Part shown: piece by piece, positions 24,618-36,421 of the stretch
How the letters are laid out: every line of letters starts with the position of its first letter
How positions within the stretch are numbered: position 1 is the stretch's first letter
Assembly: GCF_002113885.1 (NCBI RefSeq)
Contig: NW_018403543.1
Coordinates: 1,106,145 to 1,170,144, forward strand
Reading direction: 5' to 3'
Source: Mizuhopecten yessoensis
Lineage: Eukaryota
DNA length: 64,000 nucleotides
The notes under the pieces: generated by a model
Told to the model about the DNA's origin: nothing
Databases searched by the model: none
What the model saw: the letters and a program-made list of their open reading frames with translations, nothing else
Program-made: the position numbers and the translations under genes

Positions 24618-24959
24618 GGCCAAAAAAAAAGGTTATGTATGTTTCAGGTAATCTGGCTGTAAACAATTAGGTAGGTCAGTCAGGAAATATATATTTTTTC
24701 TTGAGAAGTGGGGTGGGGTGGCTAGTTTATGAAATAACAAAAATCACCAAACATGTTTTTTTGGTATTTTAAATAATACTAAAGGATTTAAATTGGGGTT
24801 TGATACCTGCCAATGAAGTAGAGCGGGTATATATAGTTGGCTTATTTATTTCTCCATAAATTTATTTGCATAAGGTGGACAAGTTATCCCAAAACTTTTT
24901 GGAGTGCGTTTGAGTGAGATAAAATTGGACCTGAAACATACATTTTCCATTTTTTGGCC
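24618..24959. mobile_element. MITE with GGCC ends and 3-bp TSD (Zator/Harbinger-like)
   Basis: ggccaaaaaaaaaaggttatgtatgtttcaggt / acctgaaacatacattttccatttttttggcc, with TGA on both flanks. Confidence 0.7.
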
Positions 24960-25169
24960 TGATCGTTAATGAATGCTTTTGATACATTGTAATGGATTCT
25001 TTATTTAACCTGTTACAATCAGAGACCCAGCCTTCCTGTAGTGTGGATTAATTATTGTACATATCATGAACAAAGTTAATGTAATTCAGACTGTACCGGT
25101 GGAAGCCTGGCTGGGTACTATTCTGGTAGATCAAATGTTTATTGTTATTTATTGATGCAAACTATGCAC

Positions 25170-25770
25170 AGGTTGATTACATCCAATCTGGTATTGCTGT
25201 CTGTAGAAGTACAAGTATTGTTAGCTTGATTACATCCAATCTGGTAGTGCTGTCTGTAGAAGTACAAGTGTTGTTAGCTTGTTAACACCCAGTTTGGTAT
25301 TCTTGTCTGCGGAAGTAAAGATTTTGTTAAATTGATTACATCCAATCTGGTAGTGCTGTCTGTAGAAGTACAAGTATTGTTAGCTTGATAACACCCAGTT
25401 TGGTATTCTTGTCTGCGGAAGTATAGATTTTGTTAAATTGATTACATCCAATCTGGTGTTCCTTACAGTCGAAATACAAGCATTGTTAGGTTGATAACAC
25501 CCCTATCTGGTGTTTCTGACAGTGGAAGAACAAGTATTCACTATTGTAAGCTTGATAACACCTAAATCTGGTGTTCCTGACAGTAGAAGTACAAGCTTTG
25601 TTAGCTTGATTACATCCAATCTAGTATTCCTGTGTGTAGAAGTACAAGCATTGTTAGCTTGGATAAATCCAATCTGGTATTCCTGTTTGTAGAAGTACAG
25701 CTCTGTTAGCTTGATTATAACCAGTGTAGTATTCCTGACAGTGGAAGTACAAGTTTTGTTAGCTTGATTT
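25170..25770. repeat. Minisatellite of about 54 bp, about 11 copies
   Basis: ttgattacatccaatctggta...tgtagaagtacaagtattgttagc repeated. Confidence 0.9.
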
Positions 25771-26076
25771 GTTAGAAGTGCTTACTGTCTGAAAGTTTTC
25801 ACTTTTACACAGAGGACCATATTACTTAATATAGTGGAACCGGACTGGGTCAACAGCTGGCAACTATAGGCAGTTCAATTGGTGGTGGGTCAGAGTTCAA
25901 ATTCCGATGAAGCCGTGCATTTCTCCTCTGTTACAGTGGACCAACCCTTGTTCATTGTACTGGGTGAATGCTTGGCAAAGGCATATTTGACTGGCGTTTT
26001 TAATAGTGTTGTCTTTTGGGCAAAGACTTAAAAAGAGGGAGGAGTGTGGCAGAACTGGACTGGGTTGATAGTTGAT

Positions 26077-26170
26077 GACCAGGGAGCTCAATTGGTAGAG
26101 CATCCATCCAGAGTTTAGAAGTTCTCGGGTTCGAATCCCGATCTGGCCATTTATTTCTCTCCTGTTACAG
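26077..26170 (+). mobile_element. tRNA-derived SINE head / tRNA-like repeat
   Basis: A-box-like agctcaattggtagagc and B-box gggttcgaatccc, followed by atttctctcctgttaca. A decayed second copy lies at about 25840-25936. Confidence 0.6.
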
Positions 26171-26461
26171 TAATATACCAGCAACATAGATCTCTGACTA
26201 AAATTAGGCTAGTGTCAAAAAAGCTTATTTTTGTCAAAGCATTGATATTTCTGAACAAACATTGATCTACTGTCGAAACCTTGTCATTAAATGAATAAAC
26301 AAATATAAAAACAAAATTAAATCTTTGTTTATGTTGTTACTAAATATCCATATTGGAAGTTGTGCAAACCTTTTTGCAGAATTTTATTTTACTGTTATTT
26401 GTGTACGTGTACTATGTATTTGCCTCTATCAAACACATGGAAACAACCTTGTCATATGCAC

Positions 26462-26652
26462 CTTGTTCCTGCTTCAGAATGCCAGTGATAATGTTGTCCT
26501 GCTTAAGAATGCCAGTGATAATGTTGTTCCTGCTTCAGAATGCCAGTGAAAATGTTGTTCCTGCTTCAGAATGCCAGTGATAATGTTGTTCCTGCTTCAG
26601 AATGCCAGTGATAATGTTGTCCTGCTTAAGAATGCCAGTGATAATGTTGTTG
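26462..26652. repeat. 32-33-bp minisatellite, about 6 copies
   Basis: cctgcttcagaatgccagtgataatgttgtt repeated. Confidence 0.95.
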
Positions 26653-26849
26653 AAATCGGGAAAGAACCTAGCATGTTTGAACTCAGTTGTTGGAAGTTTT
26701 GTGTTGTTTTCTTACATACTTGGTGATTTAGCTACAGTATAGCCTTATAAGTCCTGTCACCTTTGTTTTTGTAAAGGAATATATGAAAATAGGTTAAATC
26801 AAATTAAGCTACAGGCCAATATTACGGAACTTGCCTTTTTGGTTATAAA

Positions 26850-28080
26850 GAATAATAATTGTAAAGACTTTTTAAACAGTTGACCCTTATGACCTTGAAA
26901 GTGGGTCAGGTCATTCATTTGAACAATCTTATTAGCCCTTCATCCAAGGCTGCTACTGGATTAATTCAGTAATGTCATTACAGAGAAATTTGGTTACTGA
27001 GAAGAGAAAGGTTAATTTTTGTTGAACATTTGACCTGTGTGACCTTGAAAGTGGGTTATTCATTTGAACAACTTTGAAGTCCTTCCCTCAACATGGTATC
27101 AGATAAATATCAACACCCTTTGCCATATGGTTATGTAGAAGACTTATTTTATAGATGAACTAATTAATTAGACCATTGACCTTGTACATTTAAGTAGGCT
27201 TTCTAACACTTCATCCATGCAGGCCACTGGTCAAATATCAGAATGGGCCTTTTGGTTCTTGATAAGAAATTGTTTGAAGATTTAAAGACATTTGACTTCA
27301 GTGAATTTGAAAGAAGGTTAAGGTCATTTATTTGAATTAAGTTGGCAGCCCTTCATCCCAGCATGCTACTTACCAAATATCACCAACCTGCGCCTTGTGG
27401 GTATTGAGAACAAGTTGTTTAAAAGTTTTTCACATATTTGACCCATGTGACCTTGATAGGGGGTCAAGGTCATATATTTGAACAAACTTTGTTGCACTCC
27501 ATCCCTGCATGCGTGCTACTTGCCAGATATCATGACCCTGGGCATTTTGAGTAGTGAGAAGATTTTAAGATTTCTTTGACATTTGAACCTAGTGACATAG
27601 AAAGTAGGTAAGGTCATCCATTTGCCAAAGTTGGGAGCCCTTCATCCAAGCATTCTACTTGGCAGATATTTTCACATTGGGCCTTTCATTTATTTGGAAA
27701 AATATCTATTTTAAAGATTTTTTTTAAACATTTGACCAAGTGACCTTGAAAGTGGGTCAAAGTCATTCATTTGAACAAACCGTGTAGCCCATCATTTCAG
27801 CATGCTACTAACTTGCCATGTGTCATCACCTTTGGTCTTTTGGTTATTGTGAAGAAGTTGTTTAAAGATTTAACTTATTTGACCCCTGTGACCTTGGAAG
27901 GGGGTCAATGTCATTCATGAAGCCAAATTGGTAGCCATTCATCCCAGCATAGTGTTGGCCAAATATCCTCACCATAGGCCTACTGGATATTGAGAAGAAG
28001 TCGTTAAAAGAAAAAATGTTGACGACGGACGGACGAACGGACGACAAACGCCGCGCCACGGCATATGCTCACTTGGCCAT
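26850..28080 (-). mobile_element. Older diverged HINE with array of about 120 bp (same family as 9323-10437)
   Basis: Reverse-complement head ggacggacg...gccacggcatatgctcacttggcc at about 28020-28078, plus repeated tttgacc...gtgaccttgaaagtgggtcaaggtcat units. Confidence 0.75.
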
Positions 28081-28650
28081 TCGTAAGAAAGTTATCTTAC
28101 TGAAACAAAATTGCAGAAAGACAGACACTCCCGATATCATGAAATGATCCTTCAAATTTTGTTGTTTGCAAATGTCAGGTTAAAGAAAGAGTAATTAAAT
28201 CTGCATGTTCCTTAATTTTGAATTGGATAAACACTTTAATCTAAGGTTAACGAATATCACGTCACTGAATCCATCCATTGTTATAACCTTATATGGTACT
28301 TCACTTTCAAATTCACCGAACACTTCTCATAATGGTTCCTACGAACTTGACTCACTGTTATTCATTGTTTGCCGAAAACGCTCTGCGTCAACCCAGGAAA
28401 TTTTTAATTTCCTCTTGAAACAATCCCTTGTCACATACAATTAACATGCACCCGTCTGTCTAAATTGTTTCTGTCTATGACACAAATTGTCAAATATATC
28501 GTGGGGTCTGCTGTTACAATGAATGCTATTGTCTCCAAGCAGAATCACAATGACGTGGCTGAAATCTACTTTCCGCATCAGGTCCATGCTGTCGGCACGC
28601 ATTCCACCACGTCTGAAAAACCTGCAATCTCTACCATGAATCTACAATGT

Positions 28651-29721
28651 GAACAAGAGTATCGCGGGGCGGAACAATATACGCCCGTCGAATGACATAT
28701 AGTGTTATATACTTTCTTACATCGAAATAAGGTCTGCATCATTCAAAGAGTGGTTGGCCAACATGCTATAAAAATGTAGGAGAAAATCTCCGGATAAAAA
28801 AATCAAATACTGAAATGAACAAAGGGCAATAACTTTTGAAACAAGAGTACCGCGGGGCGGAATAATATACGCCCGTCGAATGCCATATAGTGTTATATAC
28901 TTTCTTACATTGAAATAAGATCTGCATCATTCAAAGAGTGGTTAGCCGACATGCTATAAAAATGTAGGAGAAAATCTCCGGATAAAAAAATCAAATACTG
29001 AAATGACCAAAGGGCAATAACTTTTGCAAAAATTGTCGAACCAAAATTCTTTTCAAGGAAACACAACAACATATCATGATAATCTGTCAAAAAATGTAGG
29101 AGAAGATCTCCGGACAAAAAATGAAATACTGAAATAAACAAAGGGTAATAACTTTTGGAAAAAATGTCGAATCAAAATTCTTTTAAGGGAGACACAACTC
29201 CATATCATGATTATAATGTATACCAAGTTTCAAAGAGATCCGGTGAAAAATGTAGGAGGAGATTGCCGGACAAAAATCAAATACTGAAATGAACAAAGGG
29301 CAATAACTCTTGACAAAATTGTCGAATCAAAATTCTTTTAAAGGAGACACAACTTCATATCATGATTATAATGTATACCAAGTTTCAAAGAGATCGGTCG
29401 AAAAATGTAAGAGGAGATTGCCGGACAAACAAAAGTTTACGACGGACGGACGACCCCATACCATAATACTCCCGTCAAATTTGACGGGCGTATAAAAATT
29501 GTGGAACCAAAATTCTTTTCAAGGAAACACAACAACATATCATTATTATTTAGCCTTCTTTAAGGGAGACACAACTTCATATCATGATTATAATGTATAC
29601 CAAGTTCCAAAGAGATCGGTCGAAAAATGTAAGAGGAGATTGCCGGACAAACAAAAGTTTACGACGGACGGACGACCCCATACCATAATACTCCCGTCAA
29701 ATTTGATGGGCGTATAAAAAT
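28651..29721 (-). mobile_element. Second HINE family (subTIR tatacgcccgtc) with both termini duplicated
   Basis: The 3' end aacaagagta.cgcggggcggaa.aatatacgcccgtc occurs twice (about 28651 and 28840). The 5' end ggacggacg...cccgtcaaatttgacgggcgtataaaaa occurs twice (about 29498 and 29720). There are internal tandem units. Confidence 0.75.
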
Positions 29722-30008
29722 TCCAGAATGAAAATTGGGCTATTTGGGTTTTTTAAGTCAAATATTACTATTTTCCAAGCATAATTAAACGTGAAATTAT
29801 GACATTTTAACAAATTTTAGACGACTGAAAATTCGGCCATCAAGTTGAATAAATCTTGAATATCAAGATATATTGATATATTTTGTTCCAGGAAGAAATT
29901 GACTAAATTTCCCCACCTGAGAAATGGCGAGAAATTAAAGTAATTCTATGAAATTCAATACTTCTTCAAAATGAGCATTTTTTCATAAAATGATTACTCA
30001 TCCTCTGA

Positions 30009-31286
30009 TTTTTAGCTCACCTGGTCCGAAGGACAATGATGGGCTTATGCCATACCGCAGCGTCCGTCGTTCGTCCGTCCGTCGGTCAACTTTTCCTTCA
30101 AAACGAACTAGTCATGAACGACTGAGCAGATTTTGACCAAATTTGGTCAGAAGCATCCTTGTGTGAAGGGGAACAACCCCTTGGGGCTGAGGGGCGGGGC
30201 CCAAGGGATTTCTTTAAAATCCTTCTTCTTCTGTAGGAATGAAAGGGTTTTTTCCATATTTGGTCTGAAGCATTCTTGGATGAAGGGGAACCAATTTTGT
30301 ATTACCGGTGTGTCTGACCCCCATGGAGGCAGAAAAGGGGGCCCAATAGGGGAAATAGGGGTAAAACCTTTATAATCCTTCTTCTACCATAGGGATTAAG
30401 GGATAGTATCCTAATTTATTCTTGAGCATCCTTGGGTCAAGGGGACTCAATTTCGTATAAACAGCGAGTGTGACCCCCCCTCGGGGCAGAAACGAGGGGC
30501 CCAATAGGGGAAACTTAGCAACTTCTTCACAATCCTTCTTCTTCTGTAGGAATGAAAGGGTTTTTTCCATATTTGGTCTGAAGGATTCTTGGATGAAGGG
30601 GAACCAATTTTGTATTACCGGTGTGTCTGACCCCCAGGGAGGCAGAGAAGTGGGGCCCAATAGGGGAAATATAGTAAATTATTCTTTAAAAATCTTCTTC
30701 TGTAGGAATGACAGGATTTTGTTTAAATTTGGATGAAGCACCCTTGGGTGAAGGGGAACCAATTTTGTATAACCGGTGTGTCTGACCCCCATGGAGGCAG
30801 AAAAGTGGGCCCAATAGGGGAAATATAGCTAAAAAACTTTAAAATCCTTCTTCTACCATAGGGATTAAGGGATTTTATCCCAATTTAGTCTGGAGCATCC
30901 TTGGGCCAAGGGGACTCGATTTTGTATAAGCAGTGGACGTGGTCTTCCAGGGGACAGAAGGGCGGGGCCCAATAGGAGAAATAGAGGTAAAACCTTTAGA
31001 GTCCTTCTTCTACCATAGGGATTAAGGGATTTTATCCTAATTTTGTCTGGAGCATCCTTGGGTCAAGGGGTCTCAATTTTGTATAATTGGTGGGTATGAC
31101 CGCCCTACGGGCATCGGGGTGGGGCTCTGTTTGAAATTTGGTCTTGCTATATCTCAAGTACTGGATGGATCTTTTTGAAATTTCATATGTACTTACAGCT
31201 TCTACCATGGAGTGCTATATCTCTACTTCATATCAATTATTTTAAACATATTCAGGCGAGCGATACAGGCCCTCCGGGCCTCTTGT
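30009..31286 (+). mobile_element. Full-length HINE, third family, GC-rich internal array of about 150 bp
   Basis: ttttagctcacctgg...gagc/gggcttatgccat, (GTCC)n, units aaatccttcttct...agcatccttgggt.aagggga...ggggcccaataggggaaa, and a 3' end caggcgagcgatacaggccctccgggcctcttgtt. Confidence 0.85.
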
Positions 31287-31319
31287 TGTCTATGGACATT
31301 AAATGTAATAGAAAACCCA

Positions 31320-33200
31320 GATGACTGCCAGATACAAATAAGAGCCCCAGAGGGCCTGTATCGCTCACCTGGATAATAAAGCAACCATGGGAAGTTATTC
31401 TTATTACATAAAATCCCTCCAATGGTTCAGAAGAAGAAGGATCTACAAGTTTTAAACCTCAAATTCTCCTAGTGGGCCCTGCAACTTTGCACGCAGAGGG
31501 CCACAACACTCTGTTTATACAAAATGTTTTGTATAATCCGTAGGTCTGGCCCCCCAGGGGCCTGAGGGGCAGGGCCCAATAGGGGAAACATAGCAAATTA
31601 TTCTTTAAAATCCTTCTTCTGCTGTAGGAATGAAAGGATTTTGTCCATATTTGGTGTGTAGCATCCTTGGGTAAAGGGGTACCAATTTTGTATAAACGGT
31701 GGGTCTGGCCCCCCTGAGGGCTGAGGGGCGGGGCCCAAAAGGGGAAATATAGCAAATTCTTTAAAATCCTTCTGTTTCTGTAGGAATGAAAGGATTTTTT
31801 TCCATATTTGGTCTGATGCATCCTTGGGTGAAGGGGAACCAATTTGGTATAAAACGTGGCTCTAGCCCCCCAGGGGCCTGAGGGGCGGGGCCCAATAGGG
31901 GAAATATAGTAAATTATTCTTTAAAAATCTTCTTCTGTAGGAATGAAAGGATTTGGTCCATATTTGGTGTCGAGCATCCTTGGGTAAAGGGAAACCAATT
32001 TTGTATAAACGGTGGGTGTGGCCCCCCTGTGACCTGAGGGGCAGGGCCCAATAGGGGAAATAGAGGTAAAACCTTTATAATCCTTCTTCTACCATAGGGA
32101 TTAAGGGATATTATCCTAATTTAGTCTGGAGCATCCTTGGGTCAAGGGGACTCAATTTCGTATAAACAGCGAGATGACTGCCAAATACAAATAAGAGCCC
32201 CAGAGGGCCTGTATCGCTCACCTGGATAATAAAGCAACCATGGGAAGTTATTCTTATTACATAAAATCCCTCCAATGGTTCAGAAGAAGAAGGATCTACA
32301 AGTTTTAAACCTCAAATTCTCCTAGTGGGCCCTGCAACTTTGCACGCAGAGGGCCACAACACTCTGTTTATACAAAATGTTGTCCCCTTTGCCCAAGGAT
32401 GCTCCAGGCCGAATGTGGATAAAATACTTCCAATAGTAAAGAAAGAGAAGAATTCTAACGATTTTAACATCAAATTCCCCTTTTGAGACACGGTTTAGAC
32501 AAAATTGAGTCCCCTTGCAAGAAGGATGCTCCAGAACTAATTGGGATAAAGTCCCTTCATCCATATGGTAGAAAAAGGATATAAAAGCTTGTACTCTATT
32601 TCCCTTATTTGGCCAAGCCCCTCTGCCCCAAGTGGGGCCACACCCACGGTTTATACAAAATTTAGTCCCCTTGGCCCAAGGTTGCTCTAGACTAAATTTG
32701 GATAAAATTCCTTTATCCCTACGGTAGAAGAAGGCATTTCAAGATTTAACCTCTATTTTCCATATTGGACCCCGCAACTCTGCGCCCAGGAGTTACAAAC
32801 CCACCAAACATACCAAATTGAGTCCCCTTTGCCCAAGGTTGCTCTGACTAAATATGGATAAAATCCCTGTATTCCTATAGTCGTTATTTCACTTTTTTGG
32901 GGTTATTCAGTCCCATATACTCATATAGCAGTACCAATCATGAAATCGATCATCACTTGGTTTACTACAGTGTACTTCCGATTACAAACCAATTATTGAT
33001 TTTGATTTTAAAGCGATTGTCCATCACTATCTTGGTCTGGGGATGCTTCATACTAAATCATGTTCATATAGAGCGAACTGTACTGAAGGATTAGTCTTTT
33101 AGATTACCCTTATTTTTCCTAATGGGCCCTACTTCTCAGTCCCAAAGGAGGTCAACACATCCATTTTTCATGCACAACCTTTAACCCTTTCAACAACGTA
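31320..33200 (-). mobile_element. Rearranged HINE copies (third family) with internal inversion and duplicated 3' terminus
   Basis: The minus-strand terminus aagagccccagagggcctgtatcgctcacctgg occurs at about 31340 and again at about 32193. Plus-oriented array units lie between them, with minus-oriented units after. Confidence 0.75.
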
Positions 33201-34032
33201 TTCCCCCTTAGACCAGGGATGTCTTATTTTAAGTTAGTGCCTGTCCAGCCACACTCGATTTTCCCTTATTTGTCTTCAGTCCTATATGCTCCTTATTGGA
33301 GCCACATCGTTTGTTTAGAAATTCATTCCTATGACTTTACTATTGCAAAATCCTCTTTTGATAATAATGTTATAGACTGCTTCACAAGGAAAGTATGGCC
33401 ATAGTCCCTTACGGTACTAATAAACAAAGGGCCATAACCATGGTCACGTAACCCTACCTGGGTTTACCAAATAAGTCAGAAAACCTTCAGCTGAATCCTT
33501 GATAATGGATGTATGAGTGCGATTGTTATTTGGCCAATTTAGTGGAACTTTCAACTATTCCAGGAATTCAACATGTAATTTTCAATGTAGAAATACTGTT
33601 AAAATGCTTTTTTTTATAATTAGTAGACACCTTATATGAATCAGGTTTTATTGTGAAAAATTCTGACACTGGTCTGATTAAAGCAGTCCATTTTCGACAT
33701 CTAAGCATTAAAAAACATCCCTGTCATTTGTGACACTGTCAATTTTCAAGCGCATGGTGAGTTTGTCAAGGCCCCTGGTTCAGTGTGGGTCAAAGAACAA
33801 TGTTAGACCAAAGTATATTAGGAAGGATGCAATTCCCTGAGTCAGTCGAACAAGTTATACTTCCTTATATTTTTCATCATCGTCACACAATAAGTGTTTT
33901 TAAAAGTCTTTGTTTCCTATAGGTGAACTGATACTGGCACAAACCCAAGTTTACCAGGATATTATTTACATGAAACACTTGACTTTGAAGTGCAGTGATG
34001 TTGGTGTTCTGTTTATATCCATCGATTCTCTA

Positions 34033-34123
34033 TTAACTCATTCACCCCTGAACACACATTTGAACTCCTCCAATTCAAAGGTTGGAATAGTTCATTATGA
34101 AATTTCAGGGGTGAATGTGTTAG
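34033..34123. mobile_element. 91-bp TTAA-flanked MITE, copy 3
   Basis: Same family as 6567-6657. Confidence 0.75.
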
Positions 34124-34290
34124 ACACCAACCCTGTTATGCGACCACTTTTGAGTCTTTCTCTGATACAAATGGTATTACATACGCGTCAGAGTTTGCCT
34201 TTTTCACATGAAATATTTTGTTGTTTATTGATGTATCATGACACGCTTACTCACAATACAAGTGGTACTTGACCGACTGTCGTCGCCATC

Positions 34291-34503
34291 GAAACAGGAA
34301 GTATTTGCAGCGCTTAAAACGGACCAGATTATTCTAAAAGCCTTAGTTACGAGACGTACAGAGCAGAGCAGAGTCAAGACATGTTCCTTACTTGCAAGCC
34401 AGAGCCCAGAGTCACCCTGCAACAACAGACTTATTAGTGTTCAGTCGTCATTCACATTGCAATTTTAAGCCAAGGAGTCTACAAAGTTTGATGCTGTTTG
34501 CAG
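34291..34503 (+). promoter_or_regulatory. Putative promoter and non-coding first exon of the cGLR gene
   Basis: An ETS core (CAGGAAGT, 34295-34302) is followed by higher-GC unique sequence ending in a consensus donor CAG|GTAAGC at 34503/34504. A matching acceptor lies at 36396/36397. The TSS is not determined. Confidence 0.5.
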
Positions 34504-34540
34504 GTAAGCAATAATTTCCTCCAAAGTAACATAATTAAAT

Positions 34541-34855
34541 TCTGATTAATCAAGTTTGTAGACCAGTGGTCAGTTAGGCCAATAAACTGATTAATCAACT
34601 TTGTAGACCAGTGGTAAGTTAGGTCAATTAACTGATTAATCAACTTCGTCGACTACTGGTCAGTTAGGCCAATAAACTGATTAATCAAATTTGCTGACCA
34701 GTGGTCAGTTAGACCAATAAACCGATTAATCAACTTCGTCGACAATAAACTGATTAATCTGCAACTTCGTCGACTACTGGTCAGTTAGGCCAATAAACTG
34801 ATTAGTCAACTTCGTCAACTTTTGGTCAGTTAGGCCAATAAACTGATTAATCGAC
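34541..34855. repeat. Minisatellite of about 45 bp in the putative cGLR intron 1
   Basis: ctgattaatcaacttcgtcgactactggtcagttaggccaataaa repeated about 7 times. Confidence 0.9.
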
Positions 34856-35038
34856 TACAGAATTCATGATCGAATATAGATATTTCCAACTTTTGTCTTT
34901 GCTAGCTAAATACTAATAAATTCAGCAGAATTTTCCTGATATATATTTCCTGCTGGTATATTTTAAACATCATTACTGACTTGCTTTTAAAGTTCAAGCC
35001 TGCTTAGGACTATAAATTACAGATTCAGTGCTGCTAGA

Positions 35039-35563
35039 TTTTTAGCTCACCTGGCCCGAAGGGCCATCTGAGCTTATGCCATACTGCGGCGTCCGTCGTC
35101 CGTCCGTCAACTTTTTCTTTTGAACGACTTCATCTGAAGAACTGTAGGACCTAGGGTCATTATATTTGGCCAGTAGGTACATGGGATGTAGTGTTATTAA
35201 GTTTCCTCATTAAAATGACCTTGACCTGCTTTCAAGGTCACAGGGGTCAAATTTGTTAAAAACTTCAAACAACAATATCCTAAGAACCATTTGGACTAGA
35301 GTCATGATACTTGGGTATGTTATGTAGATCAGCTGTGTGAATTTGTTTTCCTATTACAGTAATGAGGTCAAAGGTCAAATTTAAGTGCAAGTCGGGAGTC
35401 AAAGGTCAATATGGGTTAAAGGCTTTAAAATTAAAATTTCAAGTTTCAAACAACAATATCTTCAGAATCGTTTAAGAGATGTTAGAATGTCTTGTGTTCT
35501 AGTTACCTATATGTCAGTTGCATGTAACAAAAGAAACAGGTGAGCGATACAGTCCCTCTGAGC
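35039..35563 (+). mobile_element. Short complete HINE in the putative cGLR intron
   Basis: ttttagctcacctggcccgaagggccatctgagc, (GTCC)n, a single core unit, and a 3' end caggtgagcgatacagtccctctgagcctcgtgttt. Confidence 0.8.
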
Positions 35564-35711
35564 CTCGTGTTTCTATACATCTTTCCCAATCATGTGAAGG
35601 TATCACTTTTAATATTGACCAATCAGAATGGTACTCTATATTCACTGCAGTTTTACATACTCAGTTGTAGTGAGGATAGAATATGTGATTGCTCTGCTAT
35701 ACAATTGATGT

Positions 35712-35811
35712 TAGTTCGAATTATTCTGACGTTTTATCGACTTTTTATATCGGTCTTTGACGACAGACCGATATAAAAAAAATCGATAAAACGTCAGAAT
35801 AATTCGGACTA
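35712..35811. mobile_element. 100-bp near-perfect foldback element
   Basis: Inverted arms of about 45 bp (tagttcgaattattctgacgttttatcga.../...tcgataaaacgtcagaataattcggacta), flanked by attgatgt repeats. A partial copy lies at about 49301-49367. Confidence 0.75.
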
Positions 35812-36421
35812 CATTGATGTATACACTGAGCATTTGGCTCTGGTGACCTAAAATGTAATGGATAGAAAATTCAATTGTATTCCCTAGTATGGCAAGTAGG
35901 GCTGCAACGATACGAATACCTCACCTTACAATACGCATCGCGGTTCGATGCTTACAATACGATACGTACCACGATACAAATATACTCCTGCTTATGAAAA
36001 TTATTGGTTTTCTGCTATACTCAAGAAATACACATCATTATACATAATTAAAGGGCAAATCATTAAATTTCCTGTCACGCTCCGCCATTACTGTATTAGG
36101 TTCTAGACAGGCAACCATCACTGATTTCCGTCATTTCCCATCAATTTATATAAAACAGGATGGAAAAATGTCAACACACTGGTGAATCTGAGTAATCAGT
36201 AAACATTGAATGATGCTTGAATTGTTTTATGCTATCAGTCAGCTTGTATGATTATATCCTCAATGTATTTCAGTGTCTGACAAACACGTTCATGTATATA
36301 CAGATGTATTTAACACTTCACTCTGAATGTTTAGTTGATGAAAGGCAGAGATTACAACAGTCTTCCTCTTTATAAGCTTCAGTTTCTTCATTACAGATTA
36401 AGTCCTGAAGGTAAACATCTG

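Noticed and set aside
26077-26150. Functional tRNA gene
   Set aside because: A and B boxes are present, but the acceptor and anticodon stems pair poorly and a decayed duplicate is adjacent, so it is more likely SINE-derived. tRNAscan-SE would settle it.
29310-32564. Several 60-127-aa ORFs
   Set aside because: All lie within HINE tandem arrays and have no transposase or Rep/helicase motifs.
36335-36421. N-terminal 29 aa of the 741-aa ORF
   Set aside because: This segment overlaps a polypyrimidine tract and AG acceptor at 36396, so it is probably intron and 5' UTR.
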